From NCBI GenBank assembly GCA_963804995.1, contig CAWDSK010000006.1, positions 320,001 to 384,000 on the forward strand: 64,000 nt of DNA. The letters run 5' to 3'. This DNA is from an uncultured Acidobacteriota bacterium. GTDB lineage: Bacteria; Acidobacteriota; Terriglobia; UBA7540. Below the pieces are notes generated by a model. It searched no databases. It worked only from the letters and a program-made list of their open reading frames with translations, and was not told where the DNA came from. Made by a program: the position numbers and the translations under genes. Shown here in pieces: positions 36,907 through 47,164 of the stretch (positions are counted from its first letter, which is position 1; every line of letters begins with the position of its first letter).

Positions 36907-38466
36907 TCAAGGAGCGAACACTTCCCCGCCACAACGGAACCCGACGCCGAGGAATCTGTCACCTGGGGCGCCCCCGTCGCGGGCGGAAACCCGCACGAAT
37001 TTGGACTTGTGGGCAAAGTTCCCGCCACGAAAAACGCGTTTGGTCCCGCGCGTTGGCCCCGCAGGGTCTTGAGCGGGGTTACTCCGATAGTACTTCTCGT
37101 CATTCTCGGGTCTGTTTCTTCGGTTCCCCCAAGCTAGAACTTGAGCGGGGTTACTCCGATAGTACTTCTCGTCATACCAGTCATTCACCCACTCCAACGC
37201 GTTTCCCAGCACGTCGTATAACCCGAATCCGTTGGCTCGTTTCTCGCCCACCGGGTGCGTCTGGTTTCCGCTGTTGGCATCGTACCAGGCGACTTCGGCG
37301 AGCGGCCCATAGCGTGCCGCAGTGCTTCCCCCTCGCGCCGCATACTCCCACTCCGCTTCCGTGAGCAGTCGCCCTCCCGCCCACGTGCAGTATTCGTGCG
37401 CTTCATTCCAGGTTACCGTCACGATCGCCAGACTGTCATTCGCCCAACCGCGATTGAAAGTGGGCGCCGGCGGCAGCTGCCGCCCGGTGGCTGCTGCGAA
37501 GCGTTTGTAAGCGCCCACCGTAACCTCCGTTTGCCCCAGCCAGAAACCTTTCGTGATGGTCACTTGGTGCGGCGGTTTCTCGTCACCGGCGCATTCGTTG
37601 TCCCCGGGCGAGCAGCCCATTTGAAAGCTGCCCGGCGGAATCCACACGTACTTTAGTCCGTCTTTCGGGTTCTCTCGCACTGTCCCGGGCGGCGGTGGAC
37701 CCGCATCCTCCAGATGTGCCTCGATCCTGGCCCCTTGCCCTGCGGGCACGGAAATGTTCTGCCGATATTCCCTCTTGCCCGACGCCGTTATCCGTAGCTC
37801 GTGCGAGCCCGCAGCCACTTCGGGGATGGCGAATTGTCCCCTCGCGTCCGTTGTGCCCCGGCTGGAATCGTCGAGGAAAACCGCCGCACCAGGCGAGGTC
37901 TGGACCTCTACAGTTCCAGCAAGGCCCGCTAGGGGTGCGTTGACACTGGCCTCTTGCCCAGCCGATACGGTAACCTTCTGCCGATAATCCTTTTTGCCAC
38001 CAGCTGAAATTCGCAATTCATGCGGGCCCGCGGCCACATCGCGGACAGATAGTTGTCCCGCCGCGTCCGTCGTGCCCCGGTTGGAACCGTCAAGGAAGAC
38101 TGCCGCACCGGGCGAAGTCTGGACCACGACAGTTCCTCCAAGGTCTGCAAGCACCGCCGTGATTCTGGTCACTTGCCCCACAACCACCATAACCTTCTGC
38201 TCATGATTCCGTTTTCCGGCAAGCGTAACTCGCAGGGCGTGATCTCCGGGCTTGGGATTTTCAATCACCATGCGGCCTTCCGAATTCGCCTGCCCTTTCA
38301 AAGCATCGTCCAGATAGACTCGCGCATTCGGGGAAGTCTGGATGACGATTTGCGTCGGCTTGTTGGTCTGGGATGTTACTTGAGGGAGAAGTTGGGCGTA
38401 AGCGCACAGGACATTAACCAGCGCCAAAGTCATAGCCAGCAGGGAACAACGGATTCTCGTGCCCAT
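36907..38466 (-). CDS. Exported PEGA-repeat protein with a C-terminal FGE-sulfatase domain
   Basis: Signal peptide; three 'QTSP.A.V.LD' repeats; 'TEAEWEYAARGG', 'NGFGLYD..GN..EW', 'GFRC'. Confidence 0.9.
   Translation of the reverse strand: MGTRIRCSLLAMTLALVNVLCAYAQLLPQVTSQTNKPTQIVIQTSPNARVYLDDALKGQANSEGRMVIENPKPGDHALRVTLAGKRNHEQKVMVVVGQVTRITAVLADLGGTVVVQTSPGAAVFLDGSNRGTTDAAGQLSVRDVAAGPHELRISAGGKKDYRQKVTVSAGQEASVNAPLAGLAGTVEVQTSPGAAVFLDDSSRGTTDARGQFAIPEVAAGSHELRITASGKREYRQNISVPAGQGARIEAHLEDAGPPPPGTVRENPKDGLKYVWIPPGSFQMGCSPGDNECAGDEKPPHQVTITKGFWLGQTEVTVGAYKRFAAATGRQLPPAPTFNRGWANDSLAIVTVTWNEAHEYCTWAGGRLLTEAEWEYAARGGSTAARYGPLAEVAWYDANSGNQTHPVGEKRANGFGLYDVLGNALEWVNDWYDEKYYRSNPAQVLAWGNRRNRPENDEKYYRSNPAQDPAGPTRGTKRVFRGGNFAHKSKFVRVSARDGGAPGDRFLGVGFRCGGEVFAP
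37068..37175. repeat. Exact 36 bp direct repeat flanking a unique 36 bp insert, in frame within the CDS
   Basis: CTTGAGCGGGGTTACTCCGATAGTACTTCTCGTCAT at 37068-37103 and 37140-37175; insert 37104-37139. Confidence 0.95.
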
Positions 38467-38567
38467 CGGACGGGGCCCTCTTTCGGAAGCTCACGTGTGC
38501 GCATCTTACCACATTTCGCCTGCGAATTTGAAAAGCCGTACTCTCCGATAGTGTCTCGGTTTGAGGA

Positions 38568-38617
38568 TGTAGCGTCGAGTTTACCTCGCCAAATGGCGGC
38601 GTAAAGCCGCCTCTACA
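38568..38617. repeat. REP-like palindrome
   Basis: TGTAGCG...double hairpin...CTCTACA, same style as 56122-56173. Confidence 0.5.
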
Positions 38618-38817
38618 GTCCGTTGATTTCCGCCAGCCGTGCCAATGGGCCAGGCCTACGCGCCGTGGTGTTTTTCCAGGGATGCAAAGGCGGGCGTGTT
38701 GGCTGTTGGAACCCACGAAATCATCTGTTGTTGCAGTTCAATGGTTTAGGTAGAGTTCCGTGCTTGCGGTAGGGGCTACATATTGCTAATGAATACAGTG
38801 AGGGAGGTGATGACCAA

Positions 38818-39057
38818 ATGACCTGTCAAGATCCACGTGATGCCATGATGTTGGGAAGGACTATCAAGACTACCGGCATAACAGTGCTAAGGGGCGATCC
38901 ATCGGAGGGCAAAGGTTGCTGGGTATGCGGATGCCGGTGTGGTAGAGAGTTCGTTGCCCATGGATGGAGTGTAAGGCATGGACGTACCCGGAATTGTGGA
39001 AGTGACGAACATAAAGTGCAATCAGAAGAGCATCAAGTTCTCGAATCCGCGATATGA
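38818..39057 (+). CDS. Small Cys-rich protein resembling the N-terminal module of phage HNH/AP2 endonucleases
   Basis: 'W.C.C.CG......SVRHG.TRNCG'; GGAGG RBS. Confidence 0.5.
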   Translation: MTCQDPRDAMMLGRTIKTTGITVLRGDPSEGKGCWVCGCRCGREFVAHGWSVRHGRTRNCGSDEHKVQSEEHQVLESAI

Positions 39058-39416
39058 CAAGAGTGTCCAAGCCTGGCCGTCGGGCCATGGCGGGTTGGTC
39101 GATTCAGCATATTCTTCACTGTAAGGTCCACTTTCCCGAATGCAGCTACATGATGGAAATCGGTTCCACCATGGGGTCTGGTCTGGATTCCTCACTATAA
39201 ATCTATCCCTGCCTGGCAGAAGTGTTTCTTGATGTTCTGTCCTGCCAGCAGTCCTTCCAGTACCAGTCCCGATCAACTCACTCTTCCGCGGTGGGACAGG
39301 TTCCTGAATGGGGGTTTGCAGCCAAGTGGATGACTTCCCTGTACGCCGTCGTCCTCCTCGCCCCCGCCGGGCATGAGACCGAAACTAACACGACGGCAAG
39401 GTCGAGTTAAGCAGGC

Positions 39417-40475
39417 TTAATGAAAGGGCACCATCCGAAAGGTAGTGTTTAGACCATCGAAGTAAGACGCGCAAACCATAGGACTCGGCGCTCGCAAAGC
39501 ATGCAGCAAAAAGCAGTATAAGTGCGTCGCACCAAGGGTCACGAAGTGGCTTCGAAACGCCCGTTCAACGTCTTCCTCACCGCCGCCTTCCATGGCCATC
39601 CCGACAAGCTGCTTCATGGTTTCGCCTTCGAGTTCCTCACAGGTGCGGCAGTCGATAATAATCGCGAGGCTCGAATTCGCAGCCATCTCTTTGAACGCGG
39701 CTAAATCCGGGCCCTCGCGATTCCCCAAAACCGCGCCAACCACCTCGCACCGGCCGCCCGGGGCGAGGGCTTCCGGCAGCCCGGCCATCAATCGGCGCAC
39801 AATCCCCAGGCCGTCGCCTCCACCGTCCGCAAACCGCGGATACCGCACACCCGGCGGCACCGGCATGAACGGAGGATTGCAGGAAATCACGTCGAACCAT
39901 CGCCCCGCCACCGGCCCGAGAAGATCGCCGTTGACCAGTTCCACCTTGTCCGACAGTCCATTCACAGCGGCGTTGATCCAGAACAGCTTCGCGGCCAGCG
40001 GCTCGATCTCGACCGCGGTTACCCGCGCCGCGGTCCGGGCGCATACCAATGCCTGCGTCCCGACACCGGAACATAGGTCCAGCACGCTGCCCTCCACCCC
40101 TACAAGTGTGCGGCTGAGCTCTATCGAATCATTCCCGTAATAGAACCTTGCCAAGGGCGACACCTTTTCGCAGAACAGCCAGAGCCCCAGGTGGTACACC
40201 AGTCGGTACGCAGGCGCGACCCTGTCCCCGACCCGATTCACCAGGCCGAGCGCTTCAGCCGTCGAGAGCAGTTCGTCCGGCACGCACGCTTCGAAGTCGC
40301 GTCTCTCAACGTCCTGGCCTTCGCCGAACAGACGCGCCAGAACCTGGAATCTCTCCGCAATCTGCGAGGGCCCACTCCCCGGATCGCGGATCAACAATCG
40401 ATTCAATCCGGCCTCCGCCAGCAGGTTCTTCCACTGGACTAGCGTGCGCTTTTGTTCGCTTGTGAGCATCCTCAA
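39417..40475 (-). CDS. Class I SAM-dependent methyltransferase (HemK/small-MTase-like)
   Basis: 'VLDLCSGVG', 'AVEIEP', 'GDL', 'FDVISCNPPF', 'DGGGDGL'. Confidence 0.85.
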   Translation of the reverse strand: MRMLTSEQKRTLVQWKNLLAEAGLNRLLIRDPGSGPSQIAERFQVLARLFGEGQDVERRDFEACVPDELLSTAEALGLVNRVGDRVAPAYRLVYHLGLWLFCEKVSPLARFYYGNDSIELSRTLVGVEGSVLDLCSGVGTQALVCARTAARVTAVEIEPLAAKLFWINAAVNGLSDKVELVNGDLLGPVAGRWFDVISCNPPFMPVPPGVRYPRFADGGGDGLGIVRRLMAGLPEALAPGGRCEVVGAVLGNREGPDLAAFKEMAANSSLAIIIDCRTCEELEGETMKQLVGMAMEGGGEEDVERAFRSHFVTLGATHLYCFLLHALRAPSPMVCASYFDGLNTTFRMVPFH

Positions 40476-40739
40476 CTCAGTGCATCTCGGTCATTAACTT
40501 GCGATAACTTAAGTTGTAACGCGACGTTTTCAGAACGTTGGATTGCTTGGAGCTTGCGATTATTCTGCCAAATACGGACGCCGAAACAAGAGTCCCCCAC
40601 CACACCAATCGCGACGATTGCGCCGACGATCTGCGCCCAAATCTCCAGATGTCCGATCAATGTTTCCTGAGCTGCTTTTGTCAGAACACCTTTAGGGACC
40701 GAAGACGGGTCGTTTAAAGTGAACTCTCTCTGCAATTAA

Positions 40740-40860
40740 TCATTTACCCTCCAAATCAACTTTATCGAGCATTTCGTCGATCGTCCACACGTGATCGGTT
40801 ACCCCAACTGCTATCGTAGGAGTGCAGCTACGCCCGCAGGGTGAGGGGCGTACGGGTCAG
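40740..40860 (-). pseudogene. C-terminal remnant of an IS1-like transposase
   Basis: Reverse translation 'TPTIAVGVTDHVWTIDEML' matches the typical 'TPAMAAG.TDHVW..EE' tail. Confidence 0.55.
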
Positions 40861-41171
40861 TTCCGCAGCGGTCACTTATTGCCCACCTTCTTTGCCTCAT
40901 CGTCCTCGTATTGAAGTTTTACCCCTGTCCTCACTTCCAGGATCTTCGGGAGCGTTCGGATGGCCTTCTTGCTCACCATGAAGATGACCGTCTGCGCTTT
41001 GTCGTGGTCGTCCTTGAACGCGAGGGTGACATAGTGCCGGCGCTTCTTGGGGCAAGGCCAGGAGCAAAAACAAAGTCCCTGTCTGACGGACAGACACCAG
41101 CGGTCGCAGCTGAGTCCGAGGAGTTTTGGGCTCAACTGACAAACGCATGTGAGTCGTGGCGTTAAGCCGGG

Positions 41172-41576
41172 CTATGTGGCCGGCGCTGTGGCTTGTGCCT
41201 CGCTGGCTTTGGCCTGGGTCTCTACGGTGTAAACCACAACCACCTTTTTCCCGCCCTTCACGGCCGTGGCATGGATTGAACTCAGATTGGCCCCTTTGGC
41301 TGCAAGCTTCTCCAAGTGCTGCGCCAGCGCACCGGGCTTGTTCGCCAACTTGCGTTGCTCCGCCCCGGTCTCCTGGTATACAAGCTTGGCTTCGTTGAGG
41401 ACCTTCTTTGCTCGCTTGAGGTCTTCGACCAGAAGGTGGACTGTACCGGTTGCCCCTTGGGCCGTTCCTAAAAGCGCCAGGATATTCACCTTCGCACTCC
41501 CCAGTGCTTTCGCGATCGCCGCGACGGCGCCGGGCTGATTCTGAACAGTGATTGTCAACAATTTGGTCTTGGCCAT
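41172..41576 (-). CDS. Tandem ACT-domain protein
   Basis: 'VQNQPGAVA....LG...VNI' and 'NKPGALA....LA..GANL'. Confidence 0.85.
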   Translation of the reverse strand: MAKTKLLTITVQNQPGAVAAIAKALGSAKVNILALLGTAQGATGTVHLLVEDLKRAKKVLNEAKLVYQETGAEQRKLANKPGALAQHLEKLAAKGANLSSIHATAVKGGKKVVVVYTVETQAKASEAQATAPAT

Positions 41577-42193
41577 TTCGTCGCCTCCCCCTGGTTATGC
41601 CGAGAGATTATACGCCTTAGAATTCAACGCGCCACGCTGGACTTGTCCGGGCGGAGCGTAGATGACAACTTGAGCGGCACGCTGAATCGGGGATGACGGC
41701 AAGTGGATCTGGGGGCCAAATTGGGGCTGCGAAATGACGAAACGCGGGTGCTGTCGACTCTTTCTGTCACGAACCAGCCTGCTCCTGGCTCGAAGACTAT
41801 GGCAATTCCCTCGGCACCCTGCCTGAGTATGGTCTCGGCGCGGACCGGCACAACCCCGTCCTTGCGAATGATTGCAGCCAGAGTGCAATTGGCGGGCAAG
41901 GTGAGGTCGCGGACCATTTCCCCTCCCCGCCAGAAAATCCGCACACACTGGTCCCAGGCAGTAACCCCGCGAGCGCTCCCTCCCCACCATCCGCGAGGCC
42001 ACGTACCGGGCCCTTTCCACCACCGGCAACTGACTCTCGACATGAGTTTTCCGGGCAGTCATCGTCGCCGAACATTTCCCAGAAGATCTTCCCTTCGGGA
42101 GAGTTGTGCAGCCACGCCAGTGTTCCGGGAGACGACCTGCTGTCTTGACATTGTCGGGCAACAACGATAATCTGAATATCACAAGGAGGGGCC

Positions 42194-42484
42194 ATGCAAT
42201 CAAGGACCACGCGCACCGAAAAACTCAACCTACGCCTTACCCGCCAAGCCAAACGGACGCTCCAGGCAGCGGCGGCGACTTCCCATCGCTCCGTGAGCGA
42301 ATTCGTGTTAGAGAGCGCGTTAGCGCGCGCGGATGAGACCCTTGCGGACCGTAAGACCTTCAGCCTGAATGACGGGCAGTGGAAAGCCTTCTTAGCTGCC
42401 CTCGATGCGCCCCCCCGTCCTCTGCCTCGCCTGGAGCGTCTCTTAAAAGAGCCGGGATTCTTTGATGCCGGATCCCATCAGTGA
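42194..42484 (+). CDS. DUF1778 RHH antitoxin (TacA/AtaR-like)
   Basis: 'KLNLRL', 'L..AAA....SVSEFVL', 'F...LDAP'. Confidence 0.9.
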   Translation: MQSRTTRTEKLNLRLTRQAKRTLQAAAATSHRSVSEFVLESALARADETLADRKTFSLNDGQWKAFLAALDAPPRPLPRLERLLKEPGFFDAGSHQ

Positions 42485-42983
42485 GCGCGGACCGACGCGT
42501 TGAAAAGCTACGCCCCGAGCACCGAATCGAAGGCTTCGATTGCGGCCGGGAAGAATTAAACCGTTACCTGATGCGCTACGCATGGCAGAACCAGCAGGCA
42601 GGCGCCGCACAAACATACGTTGGACTTGTGGGCGACACGGTCGTTGGATACCATACCCTCGCGGTGGGCCATGTAACCCGGGAGGAAGCGCCCGAGCGTT
42701 TAACTAAGGGCTTGGCGCGCCATCCGGTGCCCATCATGCTCCTGGCGCGCCTGGCAGTAGACCGTCACTGGCAAGGGCAGGGGATCGGTAAGGCACTTTT
42801 GAGGGACGCGATGCAGCGCACGCTACAGGCGGCTGATATGGCCGGCATCCGCGCGTTCGCGGTGCACGCAAAAGACGAGGCCACCAGGAGTTTCTACCAG
42901 AAATTCGATTTCATCCCCTCCCCGACGGACCCGATGCACCTGTTCGTTCTCTTGAAAACGTCCGGCGGATGGTTTCGGGGTAA
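42481..42983 (+). CDS. GNAT acetyltransferase toxin (TacT/AtaT-like) with an apparent frameshift near the C-terminus
   Basis: 'FDCG.EELN.YL', 'LLARLAVD...QGQGIG..LL.DA', 'VHAKD...FY'. Adding one base near 42957 gives the natural end 'LLKDVRRMVSG*' at 42983; as sequenced the ORF runs to 43173. Confidence 0.85.
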
Positions 42984-43489
42984 TAGACCCTCACTTCGGC
43001 GATTAGCTGCTTCCAGGCAGTCCTGCAACCACGCTCATCCAAGATTGCACTCGGAATCTCCGCGCATGTCGGTGGGAGGTCCTTTTTCCCAACTTGATCC
43101 GCTTCAGTTTCTTCAGCATTTTCCGGGGGTGTCCAGTTCCCTGCCCCCATTCTGGCCGGCAAGGCGCGCCTGATACTCCCGCGGCAGCAGATGCACAAGG
43201 TGGTGGATCACCATCAAGATCTCCTCGGGCGTTGACTCCTCCCCCTCCCCGCCAGAAAACCCGCGCACGCCAGTTCCAAGCAATACCCCCGCGAGCGCTC
43301 CGTCCCCACCATTCGCGAGGCCACGTAAAGGGCCCTTGACGGTGCTGATCCCAGAGGGCAATCTCCCGGTTGGAGGAGCGAATCTGTCGCACCCTGCCCG
43401 CTACTGCAATCGCTTGGTTTCAGCAGCGTGGCCGCTGTCGTTTGCATTCCGCGGACCGACTGCTTTGGGCTTGGCTTTCCCGCTTCTGG

Positions 43490-43626
43490 TTCCCTGGGGC
43501 TCGGCATTGCTCATAGTGAAGCCCGACACGGTGATCGCTCGACACCGAAGAGGATTCCGGATTTATTGGACATGGAAGAGTCACCCATCTGCACCCGGGC
43601 GGCCGACAGTTGCTCTGGCGGCTTGA
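43490..43626 (+). pseudogene. Fragment of an integrase-core transposase
   Basis: 'ALLIVKPDTVIARHRRGFRIYW...GRP' matches the N-terminal part of 44178..45209. Confidence 0.6.
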
Positions 43627-44177
43627 AGAATTGTTCTCAGACTGAAGAGGGGTGTTTTCCGACATCGAGTCGACTGAGATCCGCGAAGACTCCGGCCCGG
43701 TGGGACCAGGACTTCCCACAAATTCGCACCGACATCTAATCTGGAGCCCGCGCCCGTTCTGTAACCCGCTCGCCCCCTGACGCCCCCCGGTAAATAAACC
43801 GCTCATTTTGGTCGATTGAGTTTTTGGCAGGAACAGGCAGAAAGCGCAGCTCATCCCAGCTCAGACACCGGCAGCGCCCGGAATCCATTGATGAGTGGAA
43901 AACTGTTCGGCGTGCGAGAGACGATCGCGCCGCTGACCACCCGCGCTTCCCCCACAACTTTGCGGACAAAATCGAGGTTCACCGCGTCACTCTCGGCCAC
44001 TATCTCGCCAAAATCTCATCCGCGCAGGAACTGGCGCGAGTCGCTTTGTGCCTCGGATTGAAAAGAGAACCTGGACTCGGTTAAGAGTTGCTTTGAGGAG
44101 CGCGAAGGTTCTATTTAGACGAGGACCTGGGCAGATGCGACGTTCTTATCTAAGGATGGGCGAAAAGTTGGCCCGGA

Positions 44178-45209
44178 TCAGGCAGCCCGATCGTAACGAT
44201 GATGCAGCCCGCCAAGTCGATCCTGAGATAGGATGCGCCCCGAGGCTTTGGAGCGAATTCTGTGGTCGGGGGTTCCCTTCCTCAACCCAAGGTGCGTGCG
44301 GTCTTCGTGGTAGTAGTGAACGTATTCAGAGAGCATACGTTTCAAATGGCGTTCATTCACCGCAATGACGTGATCCAGTAGATCTTGTCGGCAGCTTTCA
44401 ACCCAACGCTCCCCTACGCCATTCTGCCACGGGCTTTCGAAGGACGTTCGTACCGGGCTCATCTTCAGGGATCGAACGGCCAATGGCACCTCCCGCCCGT
44501 ACTTCGCGTCGCGGTCGAAGATGAGAAACCGAGGAGCCATCTCAAACGGGAACGCTTCTCGCAGCTGCTGGACAACCCACAGGCTAGTCGGGTGCTTGGT
44601 GACGTTGAAGTGCAGGATACGTCGCCGGCCATGGCTGATGACGAAGAAGCCATAGAGCACGCCAAAGGTTAATGTTGGCACGGTGAAGAAATTCATGGCC
44701 GCAATCGCTTCCCTGTGGTTTCGGAGGAAGGCGAGCCAACGTTGGGCTGGCTCGGGATCTCTCGGCGCCCGTTTCATCCAACGCGAGATCGTTCTCTCGC
44801 AAAGATCAAAACCGAGCATAAGAAGCTCGCCGTGGATGCGCGGCGCTCCCCAGGTTGGATTCTCAACAACCATCCGGAAGATCAACTCTCGGACTCCCTT
44901 CGGTGTCGGCTTCCTCCCAACCCGCGTCCTGACTTTCGAGATCAGATTCCAGTACAAGCGAAAACCAGCTCGGTGCCACCGAATTACGGTTTCAGGTGTG
45001 ACAACGATCAGGGCTTGTTCCCATCCTGACCAGTATCGACGAACGGCAACCCAGAACAATTTGTCGAACGGGCTCAGGCACGGGCGTCGACGCCGCCGCT
45101 TCAATACGGCGAGTTGTTGGCGTAACGCAAGATTCTCAAGGAGGAGACTTCGTCGCATGCGAAAGAAGCGAATCAGCGTTCCGACGCACAGGCCGATGAA
45201 TTGAAGCAT
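44178..45209 (-). CDS. Integrase-core (rve) DDE transposase, probably inactive
   Basis: 'LENLALRQQL', 'NPTWGAPRIHGEL', 'DRD', 'PWQNG..ER', 'LGGLHHRY'; first catalytic Asp position reads N (AMNFF). Short IR cores at 44005-44013 and 45280-45288. Confidence 0.85.
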   Translation of the reverse strand: MLQFIGLCVGTLIRFFRMRRSLLLENLALRQQLAVLKRRRRRPCLSPFDKLFWVAVRRYWSGWEQALIVVTPETVIRWHRAGFRLYWNLISKVRTRVGRKPTPKGVRELIFRMVVENPTWGAPRIHGELLMLGFDLCERTISRWMKRAPRDPEPAQRWLAFLRNHREAIAAMNFFTVPTLTFGVLYGFFVISHGRRRILHFNVTKHPTSLWVVQQLREAFPFEMAPRFLIFDRDAKYGREVPLAVRSLKMSPVRTSFESPWQNGVGERWVESCRQDLLDHVIAVNERHLKRMLSEYVHYYHEDRTHLGLRKGTPDHRIRSKASGRILSQDRLGGLHHRYDRAA

Positions 45210-45790
45210 GGCCAGGAGTTATAGCAGAAAGCTGGTGGGACGGCGGCAGTTATGTCATTGATTTCAGAGTCGGCCAGGGTTTTGGCGAACCACAGGGTCT
45301 CCCATTCCGCATCAGGTTACAGCAAACATCACGGGTATGGCTATGATCCTTCTGCCGCGGCGATGCCCAATGTCAAGACCACCATCGCGGAAGCCTGCTA
45401 GGGTTTTTCAAGTTTCTGCCGTTTCGGAACAGTGAATTCTCTCTCATTTCACTTGGTACAAAAAACCCCGGTCACATCAGCCGCAACTGTGCATCGGCGC
45501 CTCAAATTTCCGAAAATGCCGCTTGACAAATCATAAATATTACTGTAGAGGCGTAATACAATATTTCAGTCATTTCTTAGAGGAAGGCTGAGAGACTGTG
45601 ACCTCTACCAGCACGGTTTTTGTTGCGTCAAGGAATTGAGTAGCACGCGGCAGATCCAGCGATAGCCGGGCGCGAGGCAATATGCAGATGCCCTTCAGAC
45701 CGATTCTCGAGCTTGAGGAGCGAGTTCAAACACTACCCCACATTTCCATCCTAGAGGGTTTCACAAAACTCTAAAAGGAAGGAGAATGCA

Positions 45791-47164
45791 ATGTCTGGAA
45801 TTACCCGTCGTGATTTTGTTCAGGCGGCTGTGTGGACCAGCGCTCTGAGCTATTCCCGTATTCTTGGCGCCAATGATCGGATTCGTTTGGGCTACATCGG
45901 CTTGGGCAACCGGGGCGACCAGGTGCACCAAGCCTTCCTGCCCCATAGCGACTGTCAGACCGTGGCGGTTTGCGATCTTCGGGAAGACTACATGGATTTC
46001 GCCGTGAAAATATCACGGACCAACCCGACCAAGTACAAGGATTACAAGAAACTGCTGGAAAGCAAGGATGTGGATGCGGTGGTTATCGCCACGCCGGACC
46101 ACTGGCATGCCCTCATGTTCGTGGATGCCTGCAATGCAGGCAAGGACGTGTACGTGGAGAAACCCCTGAGCCGCACGGTCCGGGAGGGGCGGAAGATGGT
46201 AGAGGTGGCTCAGCGGACCAATCGTGTGTCACAGGTCGGCATTAACTGGCACTCCTTCCAGACATACAAGGATGCGGCGGAATTTGTGCGCGCCGGGGGC
46301 ATTGGCCACGTCACCGTAGCGAAGTGTTGCCATCTCACGAACGAATGGCCCAACGGGCTCGGGAATGTTCCGGACGGCCCGCCGCCCAATGAGTGGGAAT
46401 GGGACCAGTGGCTGGGTCCGGCGCCGAAAGTTCCTTACAACCGCAACCGGATGTATTACAACTTCCGGTGGTTCTACGATTACTCCCCCGGCCAAGTTGC
46501 TAATTTTGGCGTACATGATATCGATACGATCCGCTGGTGCCTCGGGCTGGAGGCCCCGAAATCCGTCGTGGCAATGGGCGGGAAGTTTGCAGGCATCAAG
46601 GACAATCGCGAGGTTCCGGACACATTAACCGTCGCGTGGGAGTACGCCGGTTCCACTATGGTGGTCTTCGAACAGTGCGATGGAAACGACGCGCTGAACC
46701 AGCCGGACACCGGGGAAATGAATACGCTGGAATTGCGGGGCACCAAAGGGACCATGTACCTCCACGATGGCAGTTGGGACGTTGTGCCGCAGAACGTCAG
46801 CGAGCTTTGCCTTGGCTATGACGGAGGCAAGGGATACGGCAATCCAGTCAACCGTGCCGGCGGCAGGCTGCGGTCTGCTGCGGCAAAGCAACTGATCGAG
46901 CCAAGGACTGTCAGGGGAGATTATCATGATGAGGGAACGACCGAACACGCGAGGAATTTCCTGGATTGCATTAAGAGCCGGGCCAAGTGCAACTGTGACA
47001 TCCTGACAGGACACGTAACCACGACCACGACTCTGATCGGCGAAATCGCACACCGAACCAAATGTTACCTGGAATGGGACGCGCGTGCGGAGCGCTTCAC
47101 CAATAACGTCAACGCAAACAAGTTCCTGGAATATCATTACCGCGCGCCGTACAAGCTTGCTTGA
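45791..47164 (+). CDS. Gfo/Idh/MocA oxidoreductase with Tat-like leader
   Basis: 'TRRDFV', 'IGLGNRG', 'IATPDHWH', 'YVEKP'. Confidence 0.93.
   Translation: MSGITRRDFVQAAVWTSALSYSRILGANDRIRLGYIGLGNRGDQVHQAFLPHSDCQTVAVCDLREDYMDFAVKISRTNPTKYKDYKKLLESKDVDAVVIATPDHWHALMFVDACNAGKDVYVEKPLSRTVREGRKMVEVAQRTNRVSQVGINWHSFQTYKDAAEFVRAGGIGHVTVAKCCHLTNEWPNGLGNVPDGPPPNEWEWDQWLGPAPKVPYNRNRMYYNFRWFYDYSPGQVANFGVHDIDTIRWCLGLEAPKSVVAMGGKFAGIKDNREVPDTLTVAWEYAGSTMVVFEQCDGNDALNQPDTGEMNTLELRGTKGTMYLHDGSWDVVPQNVSELCLGYDGGKGYGNPVNRAGGRLRSAAAKQLIEPRTVRGDYHDEGTTEHARNFLDCIKSRAKCNCDILTGHVTTTTTLIGEIAHRTKCYLEWDARAERFTNNVNANKFLEYHYRAPYKLA

Noticed and set aside
37068..37175. Calling this a bona fide CRISPR array
   Set aside because: Only two repeats, the repeat is native coding sequence, and there is no leader or cas gene; kept only as a finding
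34766..38466. Complete diversity-generating retroelement
   Set aside because: No reverse transcriptase, Avd or adenine-variant template repeat seen in the window
39022..40475. RiPP cluster around the methyltransferase
   Set aside because: No convincing precursor peptide, maturase or transporter nearby
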